Positions 17,500 to 26,263 of a stretch of DNA of 40,308 nucleotides are shown one piece after another. The DNA is from Pseudobacteriovorax sp. (GTDB taxonomy: Bacteria; Bdellovibrionota_B; Oligoflexia; Oligoflexales; Oligoflexaceae). The stretch is taken from contig JBNKNM010000029.1 of assembly GCA_050293845.1 (NCBI GenBank), positions 1 through 40,308 on the forward strand, given 5' to 3'. A model generated the notes under the pieces. It worked only from the letters and a program-made list of their open reading frames with translations. It searched no databases and was not told the origin of the DNA. The translations under genes were made by a program, and so were the position numbers. Each line of letters begins with the position of its first letter. The first letter of the stretch is position 1.

Positions 17500-18522
17500 A
17501 TGTCTCGAGGCATCCTAAAAAAAGTATTGATCATAATTATCCTGTATTCCTCAAAACAAGGCCTACTTAATGGGCAAAGCCAACCCCAACCCAACGTTCA
17601 GTATACCAATACCTTTCCCCTACCTTATATAGAATATCAGAGGTATGAGCGAATTAAAATTGGCGAAAATGCCCTATTATCGAGCTTACAAACAACCTAT
17701 GATATAAATCTCCATCCTTATTTTTCACCCCGAGCTGGTAAGGAACCCATACGTCCGCAACGCAGAACATCTCCCGAAAATCCTGATAGCTCTTCATTAA
17801 AGCCTCAAAAAGTATCGTCAAACATACTGTTACGAGATTATAGTCTAGGTCTTGGATTTATACTCCTCGACTATTTTCCCCTTGAAATTACCAAGCGTTG
17901 GAACGATTTCATCAAAACTAAAATTTATTATGGTTTTGCTTTACCTTTTAAGGTTTCTGTTGAGTACTCTAGAGGCGTTCTTGCCAACGAAGGTAACGTC
18001 AGTATCGAGAACCCTGATCTGAATGTGGACTTTACTGGACAGTTTGGCCCTCAAGTCGGAGTTGATATCCAAATCCACCCCTTTGCGGGAAGTTTTTTTT
18101 TGGCTTTAGGCTATGGTTACAGGAAACTTACCTTAAAAGGACAGCTCACTTCATATCTGATTCTGACCTCATCCTCGGGCTCCATTAACACTAATTCTGA
18201 AATCGATATTCAGGCATCAGCTTGGGTAAAGCAACGCATAGCGAGAGTTTATGTAGGATGGCAGTGGCAGATTCTATCGGGGCTCGGATACCTTACTGTA
18301 CCTTTGGGCTTCAGTTTTCCGGTAACGGGAAGCTCATCATTAACTATGAAAGCAAATTTAATCAATCCTAAGGCCACAACCCCTGTAGAAAATGTTATCT
18401 TAGAGAAAGCTGAGCGAGAGTTTGAAAGTGACCTGGAAGAACAAACCCGAAAAGATGTCCAAGCTGTTGAAATCCTTAGCACACCTATCATTGGAATCGT
18501 AGTCGGTATACATTTGACTTGA
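17500..18522 (+). CDS. Hypothetical exported protein, probable outer-membrane beta-barrel
   Basis: Hydrophobic N-terminus; alternating aromatic/glycine strands (GVDIQIHPFAGSFFLALGYGY, VYVGWQWQ, IGIVVGIHL). Start uncertain. Confidence 0.6.
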   Translation: MSRGILKKVLIIIILYSSKQGLLNGQSQPQPNVQYTNTFPLPYIEYQRYERIKIGENALLSSLQTTYDINLHPYFSPRAGKEPIRPQRRTSPENPDSSSLKPQKVSSNILLRDYSLGLGFILLDYFPLEITKRWNDFIKTKIYYGFALPFKVSVEYSRGVLANEGNVSIENPDLNVDFTGQFGPQVGVDIQIHPFAGSFFLALGYGYRKLTLKGQLTSYLILTSSSGSINTNSEIDIQASAWVKQRIARVYVGWQWQILSGLGYLTVPLGFSFPVTGSSSLTMKANLINPKATTPVENVILEKAEREFESDLEEQTRKDVQAVEILSTPIIGIVVGIHLT

Positions 18523-18580
18523 AACGACACTTGTAGTTTAAAGTACTATTATGTAGGATCGACACCTTAAGGAGAGATGG

Positions 18581-19096
18581 ATGAAAGCTTTTCACTCGTT
18601 CTCAAATTCTCAAAGTACTTATCTACTTGGAATCAGTAGGAAAAAGTTTAGATCACCGTTTGGTGTCTTTCGTAACAACGAGTATATTAAAAAATTAAAT
18701 TATTTATTGGCTCTAGAGTTAGGGGTCCTTGACCTTTACTCACGGTTGCAGGACTCACCCTGGCAAAGCCTATATGAGAGATGTCTTGACAACCATCGCG
18801 AAATTGCGGGGATGGTCAATAACTTAATTTTAAGCAACCATGGTATTCCCAATAAAGAAGCCACGACTTTAACCACTGAATTGTCCCTTCTTGCGACCCG
18901 ACTGGGAAAACAACTGGGCCCTGTGCTCAGTGCAAAAGCATCTACCAAAATTTGCTTAACCATGGAACATTCCTTAAGAAAGCGTTACTGTGAACTGATC
19001 GAGATGGCACCTTTTAGCGATCGTAGCCAGTTGAACCAGATCTTGTTTATGACCAAGGCTAACTTGATATCTTTGCATCAGTTTCAACGCCATTAA
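18581..19096 (+). CDS. Ferritin-like four-helix protein (DUF2383-like)
   Basis: LN.LL..E....D.Y, DNH......L..LI...G.P, L..E......Y pattern; AAGGAGA SD. Confidence 0.65.
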   Translation: MKAFHSFSNSQSTYLLGISRKKFRSPFGVFRNNEYIKKLNYLLALELGVLDLYSRLQDSPWQSLYERCLDNHREIAGMVNNLILSNHGIPNKEATTLTTELSLLATRLGKQLGPVLSAKASTKICLTMEHSLRKRYCELIEMAPFSDRSQLNQILFMTKANLISLHQFQRH

Positions 19097-19125
19097 ACCT
19101 TTTGTATGGCTTAAAGGTTGTTGGA

Positions 19126-19839
19126 TTAGTTGTTATTGGAGGTAGTGGGTATGGGACCGGCATCATGGCAAGGCTCTTGGTAGATATGATCTTCTTCAAA
19201 TGGCGGAATAGCCGCTCCTCTTCCTGGATACCATCCCTGCACGTTTGCTTCAGCACCCAACAAGATGATTTGGGTTTTAGTAACCAATTGTTCTAGGATC
19301 TCTTGACGCTGGGCGGAGGGAAGCTGAAGAGAGTTTACTCCTGCATTAAACGCAACCTCGATCATCATTTCGGCTGCAAGGCGCGTGTCGATCATGGGTC
19401 GCTCATTCGCTTCGCATTCTTTTTGCAAGTCTTCAGCAAGCTCACAAATAAAACGTTCCAGCTCCTTTTTAATCTCGCGCTGATAGTCCCTTAGATGGGA
19501 GAATCTTTCACCAATTAATAACCTGAAGTGCTCTTCATTCTGCTCTAAATACTCGAGAAAAACCTCTAAGGAAGCCCGTACAGCACTACCACGAATTCTC
19601 ACCCTATTGCGGGCATTTCTAATTAAATGTCTCAAGATTCCCGCAATCTCTTCCACCAACACCAACCCTAATTGATCCATATCTTTGAAATGTCTATAAA
19701 AAGAAGTGGGAGCAATCCCCGCCTCACGGGTAACCTCGCGGAGGCTCAGGCAAGCAAAACCCTGGGCACGACTTAATTTTAAAGCAGATTGAATGATTGT
19801 ACGACGCGTTTTTTCTTTTCGTTCTGCCCGAATGCCCAT
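19126..19839 (-). CDS. fabR: TetR-family transcriptional repressor, FabR-like
   Basis: MGIRAERKEKTRR...LSLREVTREAGIAPTSFYRHF.DMD.LGL closely matches the FabR N-terminal HTH; FRLLIGER; start ATG 19839. Confidence 0.85.
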   Translation of the reverse strand: MGIRAERKEKTRRTIIQSALKLSRAQGFACLSLREVTREAGIAPTSFYRHFKDMDQLGLVLVEEIAGILRHLIRNARNRVRIRGSAVRASLEVFLEYLEQNEEHFRLLIGERFSHLRDYQREIKKELERFICELAEDLQKECEANERPMIDTRLAAEMMIEVAFNAGVNSLQLPSAQRQEILEQLVTKTQIILLGAEANVQGWYPGRGAAIPPFEEDHIYQEPCHDAGPIPTTSNNN

Positions 19840-19936
19840 AGCTTGTCCCCGTTGCTCTTCAATAGCTGTTTTGCCGGCAATTCTAACAGCTTTGTAGCAT
19901 AAATAAAAAAGTTTTTGCGCATTTAGCGACATATAC

Positions 19937-19998
19937 AAAACTATTTGGTTTTTAAGTGAAAGAATGAGATTTTTTTCATTATCTAGAAAACTATTTGG
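19937..19998. repeat. 12-bp direct repeat pair in the divergent fabR/lipoprotein intergenic region
   Basis: AAAACTATTTGG at 19937-19948 and 19987-19998 (50-bp period). Confidence 0.7.
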
Positions 19999-20142
19999 CT
20001 CGATAGCAAGATAATTTATGATACCCTGTATAAATCACTAAGCGTATTTAATTACAAAAAACATCCTGTGTATTATTAAGTATACCATAATAGCTATATG
20101 ACTAAAATTTATACAGAAAGGCTAAAAGTATCTCTTTAAGAC

Positions 20143-20170
20143 TCATTAACTATGCTAAATTAGCCGATAA
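20143..20170 (+). promoter_or_regulatory. Candidate sigma28-type promoter of the lipoprotein gene
   Basis: Perfect -10 GCCGATAA at 20163-20170, 32 nt before the ATG; -35 weak (TCAT/TAAC). Confidence 0.5.
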
Positions 20171-20202
20171 GAAGCTGGGCATATTTACATCGGAGATACA
20201 GC

Positions 20203-20673
20203 ATGAAATTAGAGACTAAGCTTCTCGTAGCTTTTATCACTGTAATTATGGGATTCTCTTGTTCGAAAAATGAAGAGGAAAATCGCACTAACGAGGAAGG
20301 TTCCTCGCAGGCAGCTGCCAATGACTCCGCTGAAAATGTTGTGATAGAAGATTCGAGTGAACTTCTTAAAGTTCATACCGAGGATTTAAATGCGTTAGGT
20401 ACAACCGCTGGAGAACTGGCACTGACAGATATCCAAAGCAATGCCAAAAACCTAGCCACAATCTATGATTTTACCATTCAAAGCAAGCTCAACAAGGCCC
20501 TTTATGGTGAAGCCGTTTATGAGTGGAATAAGGCCGATCTTGACTATAAACGACTAGAGATTGCCTACAGCGAATCAGCCAACCCAGACTTGGCAGAACT
20601 CTGGACAAACTATCAGACCAGTCGCGCCACCATGCTTAAGCTTAAAAAACTATGGCAAGACTATCGCGACTAA
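20203..20673 (+). CDS. Hypothetical lipoprotein
   Basis: Signal peptide with lipobox-like MGFS|C, acidic disordered linker, helical C-terminus; GGAG SD. Confidence 0.8.
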   Translation: MKLETKLLVAFITVIMGFSCSKNEEENRTNEEGSSQAAANDSAENVVIEDSSELLKVHTEDLNALGTTAGELALTDIQSNAKNLATIYDFTIQSKLNKALYGEAVYEWNKADLDYKRLEIAYSESANPDLAELWTNYQTSRATMLKLKKLWQDYRD

Positions 20674-20894
20674 GGTGCTTTAGTGTCTAAACTGAGGGCA
20701 TGAATCGGACCTTTCAGCCATTCCCCCAAAGCCTTATAGATCATCTGGTGTTGCTCTATCATGTTGAGATCATTAAACTCTTCTGCAACAACTTCTAAGC
20801 GCCAGTGATCTCCACCACCTGTCAGGTCTAAGGCTTTAACGACGGCTGAAGGCATCGACTCTTTTATTCTATTTTCTATGTCTTGGGCTGTCAA
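20670..20894 (-). CDS. BolA/IbaG family protein
   Basis: GGGDHW.L.VV...F......QHQMIY.ALG......IHALSL.T. Confidence 0.93.
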   Translation of the reverse strand: MTAQDIENRIKESMPSAVVKALDLTGGGDHWRLEVVAEEFNDLNMIEQHQMIYKALGEWLKGPIHALSLDTKAP

Positions 20895-20995
20895 ATCTCT
20901 GTCCTTTTTGCTAATGTTCGACCTTCCAGGTATTTAAGGCTTTCTGCTGCGGAAATCAATCCCGAACCCCAAAGCCTCTCGGCAAAGGACGCGCT

Positions 20996-21577
20996 ATGCC
21001 CATTCCCAAGGTCATCGTACTAGCTACCCATAATAGTAAGAAAATCAAAGAATTACAAGACATTATAGCTCATGACTGCCAAATCAAAGACCTGTCCAGC
21101 TTCCCTACCCAGTGGGAAGAAACCGGGCAAACTTTTGCTCAGAATGCTTTGATCAAAGCCGAAGCTGTAGCTAAAATGACTGATTTACCTATCCTGGCCG
21201 ATGATTCCGGGTTGGAAGTCGCAGCCTTACAAGGAGCCCCAGGAGTTTACTCCAGTCGTTATGCAGGCGAAGACGGTAACGATCGGGCGAACAATCACAG
21301 ACTATTAGATGAGCTTAGAGGACAGCAAAATCGTCAAGCTCGATTTGTGTGCTGCCTCTGTTACCTTGACGAAACACGGCAGGCACACTTTTTCGAAGGA
21401 AGCTGCGAAGGCCACATAGGGCACGAGGCTCAAGGCAAGCTCGGTTTTGGCTATGACCCCCTGTTCTACCCTAAAGGTAGTAATCGCAGCCTTGGCGAAT
21501 ATAGCGCTGCTGAAAAGAACCAGATGAGTCACCGACACCATGCTATAAAAGAGTGGCTAGCATTTATCAAAGATTAG
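20996..21577 (+). CDS. rdgB: Non-canonical purine NTP pyrophosphatase (RdgB/HAM1)
   Basis: ATHNSKK, EETGQTFAQNALIKA, ADDSGL, GAPGVYSSRYAG, GFGYDPLF, KNQMSHR. Confidence 0.97.
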   Translation: MPIPKVIVLATHNSKKIKELQDIIAHDCQIKDLSSFPTQWEETGQTFAQNALIKAEAVAKMTDLPILADDSGLEVAALQGAPGVYSSRYAGEDGNDRANNHRLLDELRGQQNRQARFVCCLCYLDETRQAHFFEGSCEGHIGHEAQGKLGFGYDPLFYPKGSNRSLGEYSAAEKNQMSHRHHAIKEWLAFIKD

Positions 21578-21619
21578 AGTCAAAGGCTGTCTTCAAAAAA
21601 ATCATACCAATGAAGGATA

Positions 21620-22561
21620 TCAATGCTTCAACTGCTTAAGCGCATCTTGACTATAGTCGAAATAAACTTTGGTGGTCTTGATCGCACCAAAATCGGGATG
21701 ACTTAGGGACAGCCGGATCTCTTCACGATACTTATCAGCTGCTAATAGAAATGACTGGAGTACCAGAACCGCCTTGTCAGCGTCACCAACCATGGCCAGG
21801 CATCGAGCATAAAGAAAGGAAGCCTTTCTAATAACCGATTCGTCGTTAGCCCAATAATCATTGCGCTCTGCAGCAGCAAACACCGGTTCCAACACAGGGT
21901 TTGCTAAATCACATTTACCCTGCATGCGATAAGCAAAGCCTAAAAAATAGTGCCCTCGTATATCAAGCTGTTTTCGCTTTCGTAGTTTTTCATACATTTC
22001 GGCAGCTGCTTGAAAGTTCTTCAGACTTAAATAATAGTTTGCCTTTTGAAAATCTTTGTTGGATTCAGCTTGCATCCTCTTGGTGTTACCAGCATTTCCC
22101 CCCGATTTCCCAATGACTTCCGCAGTTTTTATCACATAGGTGGACTCCAATAGGCAAGGAGCATCCCCACCACCCTCGCAGCAGGCTTCATCCATAAACG
22201 CCTTAAGTCTTTTATCTTTAATTTTATAGCAAGCACTGACCCCAGGAGGGATAAAAACTTTCAATGTTTCTCCATTGAGAGCGCCTTTTTCCGGGCTTAA
22301 ACCACTACGAATAGCGTAGGATTTCACGACTAAACCCTCTACCACCAAACCGCGATAACTATCGAAGAAATTCTTGCGATCTTGCGGCGACAAATCGTTA
22401 ATAAACTGGTATCTACTCTGGCCCAGAGGAAAGGTCTTTTCAGGATTCAAAAGTCCACATTGCATGACATCAAAAACCACCTGTCCCTGAACTAACGAGG
22501 CACAAATAGCTAAGGCAACTTGACTAAAAAGCAAGGTTGCGAATATGATTCCTCTTATCAT
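21620..22561 (-). CDS. Exported Cys-rich/TPR protein
   Basis: Signal peptide MIRGIIFATLLFSQVALA, Cys-rich N-domain (ACCEGGGDAPCLL), C-terminal TPRs ending in HPDF..I. Start reassigned to ATG 22561; the longer ORF start lies inside the MITE. Confidence 0.8.
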   Translation of the reverse strand: MIRGIIFATLLFSQVALAICASLVQGQVVFDVMQCGLLNPEKTFPLGQSRYQFINDLSPQDRKNFFDSYRGLVVEGLVVKSYAIRSGLSPEKGALNGETLKVFIPPGVSACYKIKDKRLKAFMDEACCEGGGDAPCLLESTYVIKTAEVIGKSGGNAGNTKRMQAESNKDFQKANYYLSLKNFQAAAEMYEKLRKRKQLDIRGHYFLGFAYRMQGKCDLANPVLEPVFAAAERNDYWANDESVIRKASFLYARCLAMVGDADKAVLVLQSFLLAADKYREEIRLSLSHPDFGAIKTTKVYFDYSQDALKQLKH

Positions 22562-22575
22562 TGCTAGGCCCTTTA

Positions 22576-22765
22576 AACCTGGATGTGAAAAATTGTTCCC
22601 ACACGATGTTACTGCGACAACAAAAATCATACTGATTAACGGGAGTTAACTGTGGTGATTTTGTTTTACCTTGTGCCCATAAATTGCCTATTTGCAATCA
22701 TATCGCACTTAGGCCTTTTAAGGTGCTTAGGGAAATACCCTATCCGAAATTTTCAAATCCCGGCT
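22576..22765. mobile_element. MITE-like non-autonomous element, 190 bp
   Basis: Left end AACCTGGATGTGAAAA versus right end reverse complement AGCCGGGATTTGAAAA (13/16), TA on both flanks, no transposase; end sequence recurs at 12032. Confidence 0.65.
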
Positions 22766-22866
22766 TAGATTGCAAACACCAAGGGGCTACCATAATCTCT
22801 GCTACTATTATAATAAACACTAGCTATAGTACAAAACTACAGCTTAAATAGCGCAAGGAGAGTTCA

Positions 22867-23661
22867 TTGACAGTTCCATTCCATCGTTTTGGCCAAATAA
22901 TACTTCAATATTTACAGTCACTTGGTGGATATTCCCTATTTTGCTCCGCAGGTATTATTCGTTGTTTTTACCCTCTGATGTCATTTAAGCTTCTGCTGCA
23001 GCAACTGGAGTTCGTGGGAAATAGGAGTTTCCTAATTATTGCCATGGCAGGACTTATGGTGGGGGGAATCTTTGGCTTTCAGTTGGCTGAGATTTTTCGC
23101 CTATTCGGTGCAGAATCCCTTATAGGTGCCTCTACCGGCTTTGCCCTTTCCCGGGAACTGGCTCCTATAGTAGGTTCTTTTCTTGTCACAGCCCGCGCGG
23201 GATCTGCCATGGCGGCTGAGTTGGCGACTATGAAGGTAAATGAACAAATCGACGCCATGAGGGTCATGACCGTGAATCCCCACTCCTACCTGGTGGCTCC
23301 ACGAATCGCAGCTTCAGTGCTGATGATGCCAGTGCTTTGTATCGTCTTTGTCATTGCTGGTGTTGCAGCAGCATACATCGTCGGCTCAACATTCTATCGT
23401 ATTGATACTGCTGATTTTTTTGCAAGACTACGCTGGATGATGGAATATAAAGATCTTTGGATGGGGATGCAAAAATCCGCTCTTTTTGGTTTTATATTCT
23501 CCAGCATTGGCTGCTACCAGGGGTTTAACACCACAGGAGGTGCAAAAGGTGTAGGGCAGGCTACCACCCGATCTGTGGTTATTTCGTATGTAGCCATTCT
23601 CGTTCTCGACTTCTTTATCACTTATATGCAATTCAAGGGTTTCAAACTATTTCTTTTTTAG
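22867..23661 (+). CDS. mlaE: MlaE family ABC transporter permease
   Basis: RELAP..., ARAGSAMAAELATMKVNEQIDAM..M, GYQG...GGAKGVG.ATTRSVV-type motifs; AAGGAG SD before TTG. Confidence 0.93.
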   Translation: MTVPFHRFGQIILQYLQSLGGYSLFCSAGIIRCFYPLMSFKLLLQQLEFVGNRSFLIIAMAGLMVGGIFGFQLAEIFRLFGAESLIGASTGFALSRELAPIVGSFLVTARAGSAMAAELATMKVNEQIDAMRVMTVNPHSYLVAPRIAASVLMMPVLCIVFVIAGVAAAYIVGSTFYRIDTADFFARLRWMMEYKDLWMGMQKSALFGFIFSSIGCYQGFNTTGGAKGVGQATTRSVVISYVAILVLDFFITYMQFKGFKLFLF

Positions 23662-23748
23662 GGTGTAACGTTTCCACTTTACATATTCTATGCTAAATCT
23701 GAAATTTTGGATTTTGAGGATCAACCATAAGATAGGCGAATATAAGGT

Positions 23749-26172
23749 ATGTCATCAACATCTGCGGAATATAACTTCAAAGCAATCGAATCAAAGTGGC
23801 AAAAATATTGGCTTGATAACAAGACCTTTCAAACCACCCAAGACACCTCAAAGCCGAAGTACTACGCCCTTGGTATGTTTCCCTACCCTTCCGGCTCCGG
23901 CCTTCATGTAGGTCATCCTGAAGGATATACAGCAACCGACATTATGGCTCGCTACAAGCGCATGTCCGGCTATAATGTTCTCCACCCCATGGGATGGGAT
24001 GCTTTTGGCCTCCCTGCAGAACAGCACGCTGTAAAAACAGGTACCCACCCTCGTGACACTACTAGAAAGAATGTTGATAATTTCCGCCGACAGATTCAAT
24101 CTATCGGCCTTTCTTATGATTGGGATCGAGAAATCAATACCACCGATGCCCACTACTACAAGTGGACCCAATTGATTTTTCTCAAGCTATTTGAAAAAGG
24201 TCTCGCCTATCAATCATGGGAGCCAGTAAACTGGTGCCCGGATCTCGGTACTGTCCTTGCTAATGAGGAGGTCACTGATGGCAAGTCTGAAGTGGGGGAT
24301 TTCCCTGTCATAAAAAAACCTATGAGACAATGGGTTCTGAAAATAACCGCCTATGCGGAGCGGTTGTTGGAAGATCTTGACGACTTGGATTGGCCAGACT
24401 CCATCAAAGAAATGCAACGCAACTGGATCGGAAAGAGTACGGGGGCTGAGGTAGCATTTAAAGTCAAAAACCATGATGACTCCGTCAAGGTTTTTACCAC
24501 CCGACCAGATACGCTATTTGGTGCTACTTTTTTTGTTGTGGCTCCCGAACACCCCATCGTTGATAAGCTCACCAGCGAAGCCCAACGACAGGCGGTGAAC
24601 AGTTATGTAGAAGCCGCAAAAAGTCGATCGGATCGCGACCGCATGGCTAGCACCGAAAAAACCGGGGTCTTTACAGGCGGATACGTCATCAACCCTGTTA
24701 ATGGCTTAGAAATACCAGTTTATATAGCGGATTATGTACTGATTTCCTATGGACATGGTGCGATCATGGCCGTTCCAGCCCATGATGAAAGGGATCACGC
24801 TTTTGCTAAGAAGTTTTCCCTCCCCATCAAGAGGGTCTTAACAGGAGGTCCAGAAGATATTCAATCGGAAGCCCATGTTGGCGAAGGCGATCTCATCAAC
24901 TCGGATTTCCTCAATGGCCTCAGTAAGGACGATGCCATAGAAAAAGCTTGCATCTGGCTAGAAGATCAAAACCTAGGTAAGCGCACTATTACTTATAAGC
25001 TACGGGACTGGCTCTTTTCCCGACAGCGTTACTGGGGGGAGCCCATGCCTCTTGTCCTTGATAACGAAGGCAAAGCCGTTGCCATAACCCCGGAAGAACT
25101 TCCTGTCCTACTTCCTAATATGGATGACTTCAAACCCACTGGTGATGGCGAGCCTCCTTTAGCCAAGGCCACCGACTGGCTCCATTATGAAAAGGATGGC
25201 AAAACTTACAAAAGAGAGACCAATACGATGCCGCAGTGGGCTGGATCCTGCTGGTACTACCTCCGCTATATCGACCCCTTAAACAATCAGCAGCCTTGGG
25301 ACAAGGATCTTGAGAACTACTGGATGCCTGTAGATTTATATGTTGGTGGTGTCGAGCATGCTGTTCTACACCTTCTTTATGCAAGGTTCTGGCATAAAGT
25401 ACTATACGATCTTGGCCTAGTTTCCACCAAGGAACCCTTCCAAAAGCTCGTCAATCAAGGCATGATTCTTGGGGAAAACGGCGAAAAAATGTCTAAGAGT
25501 CGCGGCAATGTCGTCAATCCCGATGACGTTATTGATGCCCACGGTGCTGATGCCTTTCGCCTTTATGAAATGTTTATGGGTCCCTTAGAAGCTACAAAAC
25601 CTTGGAAAACAGACGGTCTTAGCGGCACAAGCCGGTTTTTGAAGCGTTTTTGGCGCTTGCTTATAAACGAATCTGGTACCGCCGCTCATACCGGTAACCA
25701 ATGTTCCTCGCATTTTGAAAAAGTTGTGCACAAAACCATCAAAAAGGTCACAGAAGACACCAACAATATGCGTTTTAATACTGCTATCTCCACCCTTATG
25801 GAGACCGTGAACCAAGCTTATAAAGAATCTGCCATCAGTAAGGATTATGCCCTAGCATTGACCAAACTATTAAGCCCCTATGCCCCCCATATTGCAGAAG
25901 AGATCTGGCAGATTTATGGATATGCCGAGTCCATTACATATGCCTCTTGGCCATCCTTTGACGAGCAGTTGTGCATGGAAAATACTGTGACCTTATCTAT
26001 TCAGGTAAACGGTAAATTAAGGGGAACTGTTAACGTCGCAAGCGACGCTCCCAAAAAAGACGTTCTAGACCTTGCTAAAAGAATCGAAACGGTATCTAAA
26101 CATATCCAAGGCAAGACGATACGCAAGGAAATTTATGTCCCCGGGAAAATTATCAATTTTGTAGTTTCTTAG
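23749..26172 (+). CDS. leuS: Leucine--tRNA ligase
   Basis: [64 protein letters not shown]. Confidence 0.98.
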   Translation: MSSTSAEYNFKAIESKWQKYWLDNKTFQTTQDTSKPKYYALGMFPYPSGSGLHVGHPEGYTATDIMARYKRMSGYNVLHPMGWDAFGLPAEQHAVKTGTHPRDTTRKNVDNFRRQIQSIGLSYDWDREINTTDAHYYKWTQLIFLKLFEKGLAYQSWEPVNWCPDLGTVLANEEVTDGKSEVGDFPVIKKPMRQWVLKITAYAERLLEDLDDLDWPDSIKEMQRNWIGKSTGAEVAFKVKNHDDSVKVFTTRPDTLFGATFFVVAPEHPIVDKLTSEAQRQAVNSYVEAAKSRSDRDRMASTEKTGVFTGGYVINPVNGLEIPVYIADYVLISYGHGAIMAVPAHDERDHAFAKKFSLPIKRVLTGGPEDIQSEAHVGEGDLINSDFLNGLSKDDAIEKACIWLEDQNLGKRTITYKLRDWLFSRQRYWGEPMPLVLDNEGKAVAITPEELPVLLPNMDDFKPTGDGEPPLAKATDWLHYEKDGKTYKRETNTMPQWAGSCWYYLRYIDPLNNQQPWDKDLENYWMPVDLYVGGVEHAVLHLLYARFWHKVLYDLGLVSTKEPFQKLVNQGMILGENGEKMSKSRGNVVNPDDVIDAHGADAFRLYEMFMGPLEATKPWKTDGLSGTSRFLKRFWRLLINESGTAAHTGNQCSSHFEKVVHKTIKKVTEDTNNMRFNTAISTLMETVNQAYKESAISKDYALALTKLLSPYAPHIAEEIWQIYGYAESITYASWPSFDEQLCMENTVTLSIQVNGKLRGTVNVASDAPKKDVLDLAKRIETVSKHIQGKTIRKEIYVPGKIINFVVS

Positions 26173-26263
26173 GAGAGTATTCCAGTTCCATCAACATTTC
26201 TGAGCTTTCCTCTATCGATAACTGCGATCCTTTTCTGTTAAAATATTTGGAAAGGGATCGCAC

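Noticed and set aside
22562..22630. Lipoprotein-like extension (VAVTSC) of the 21620 TPR gene
   Set aside because: It is read through the MITE end; a normal signal peptide starts at ATG 22561.
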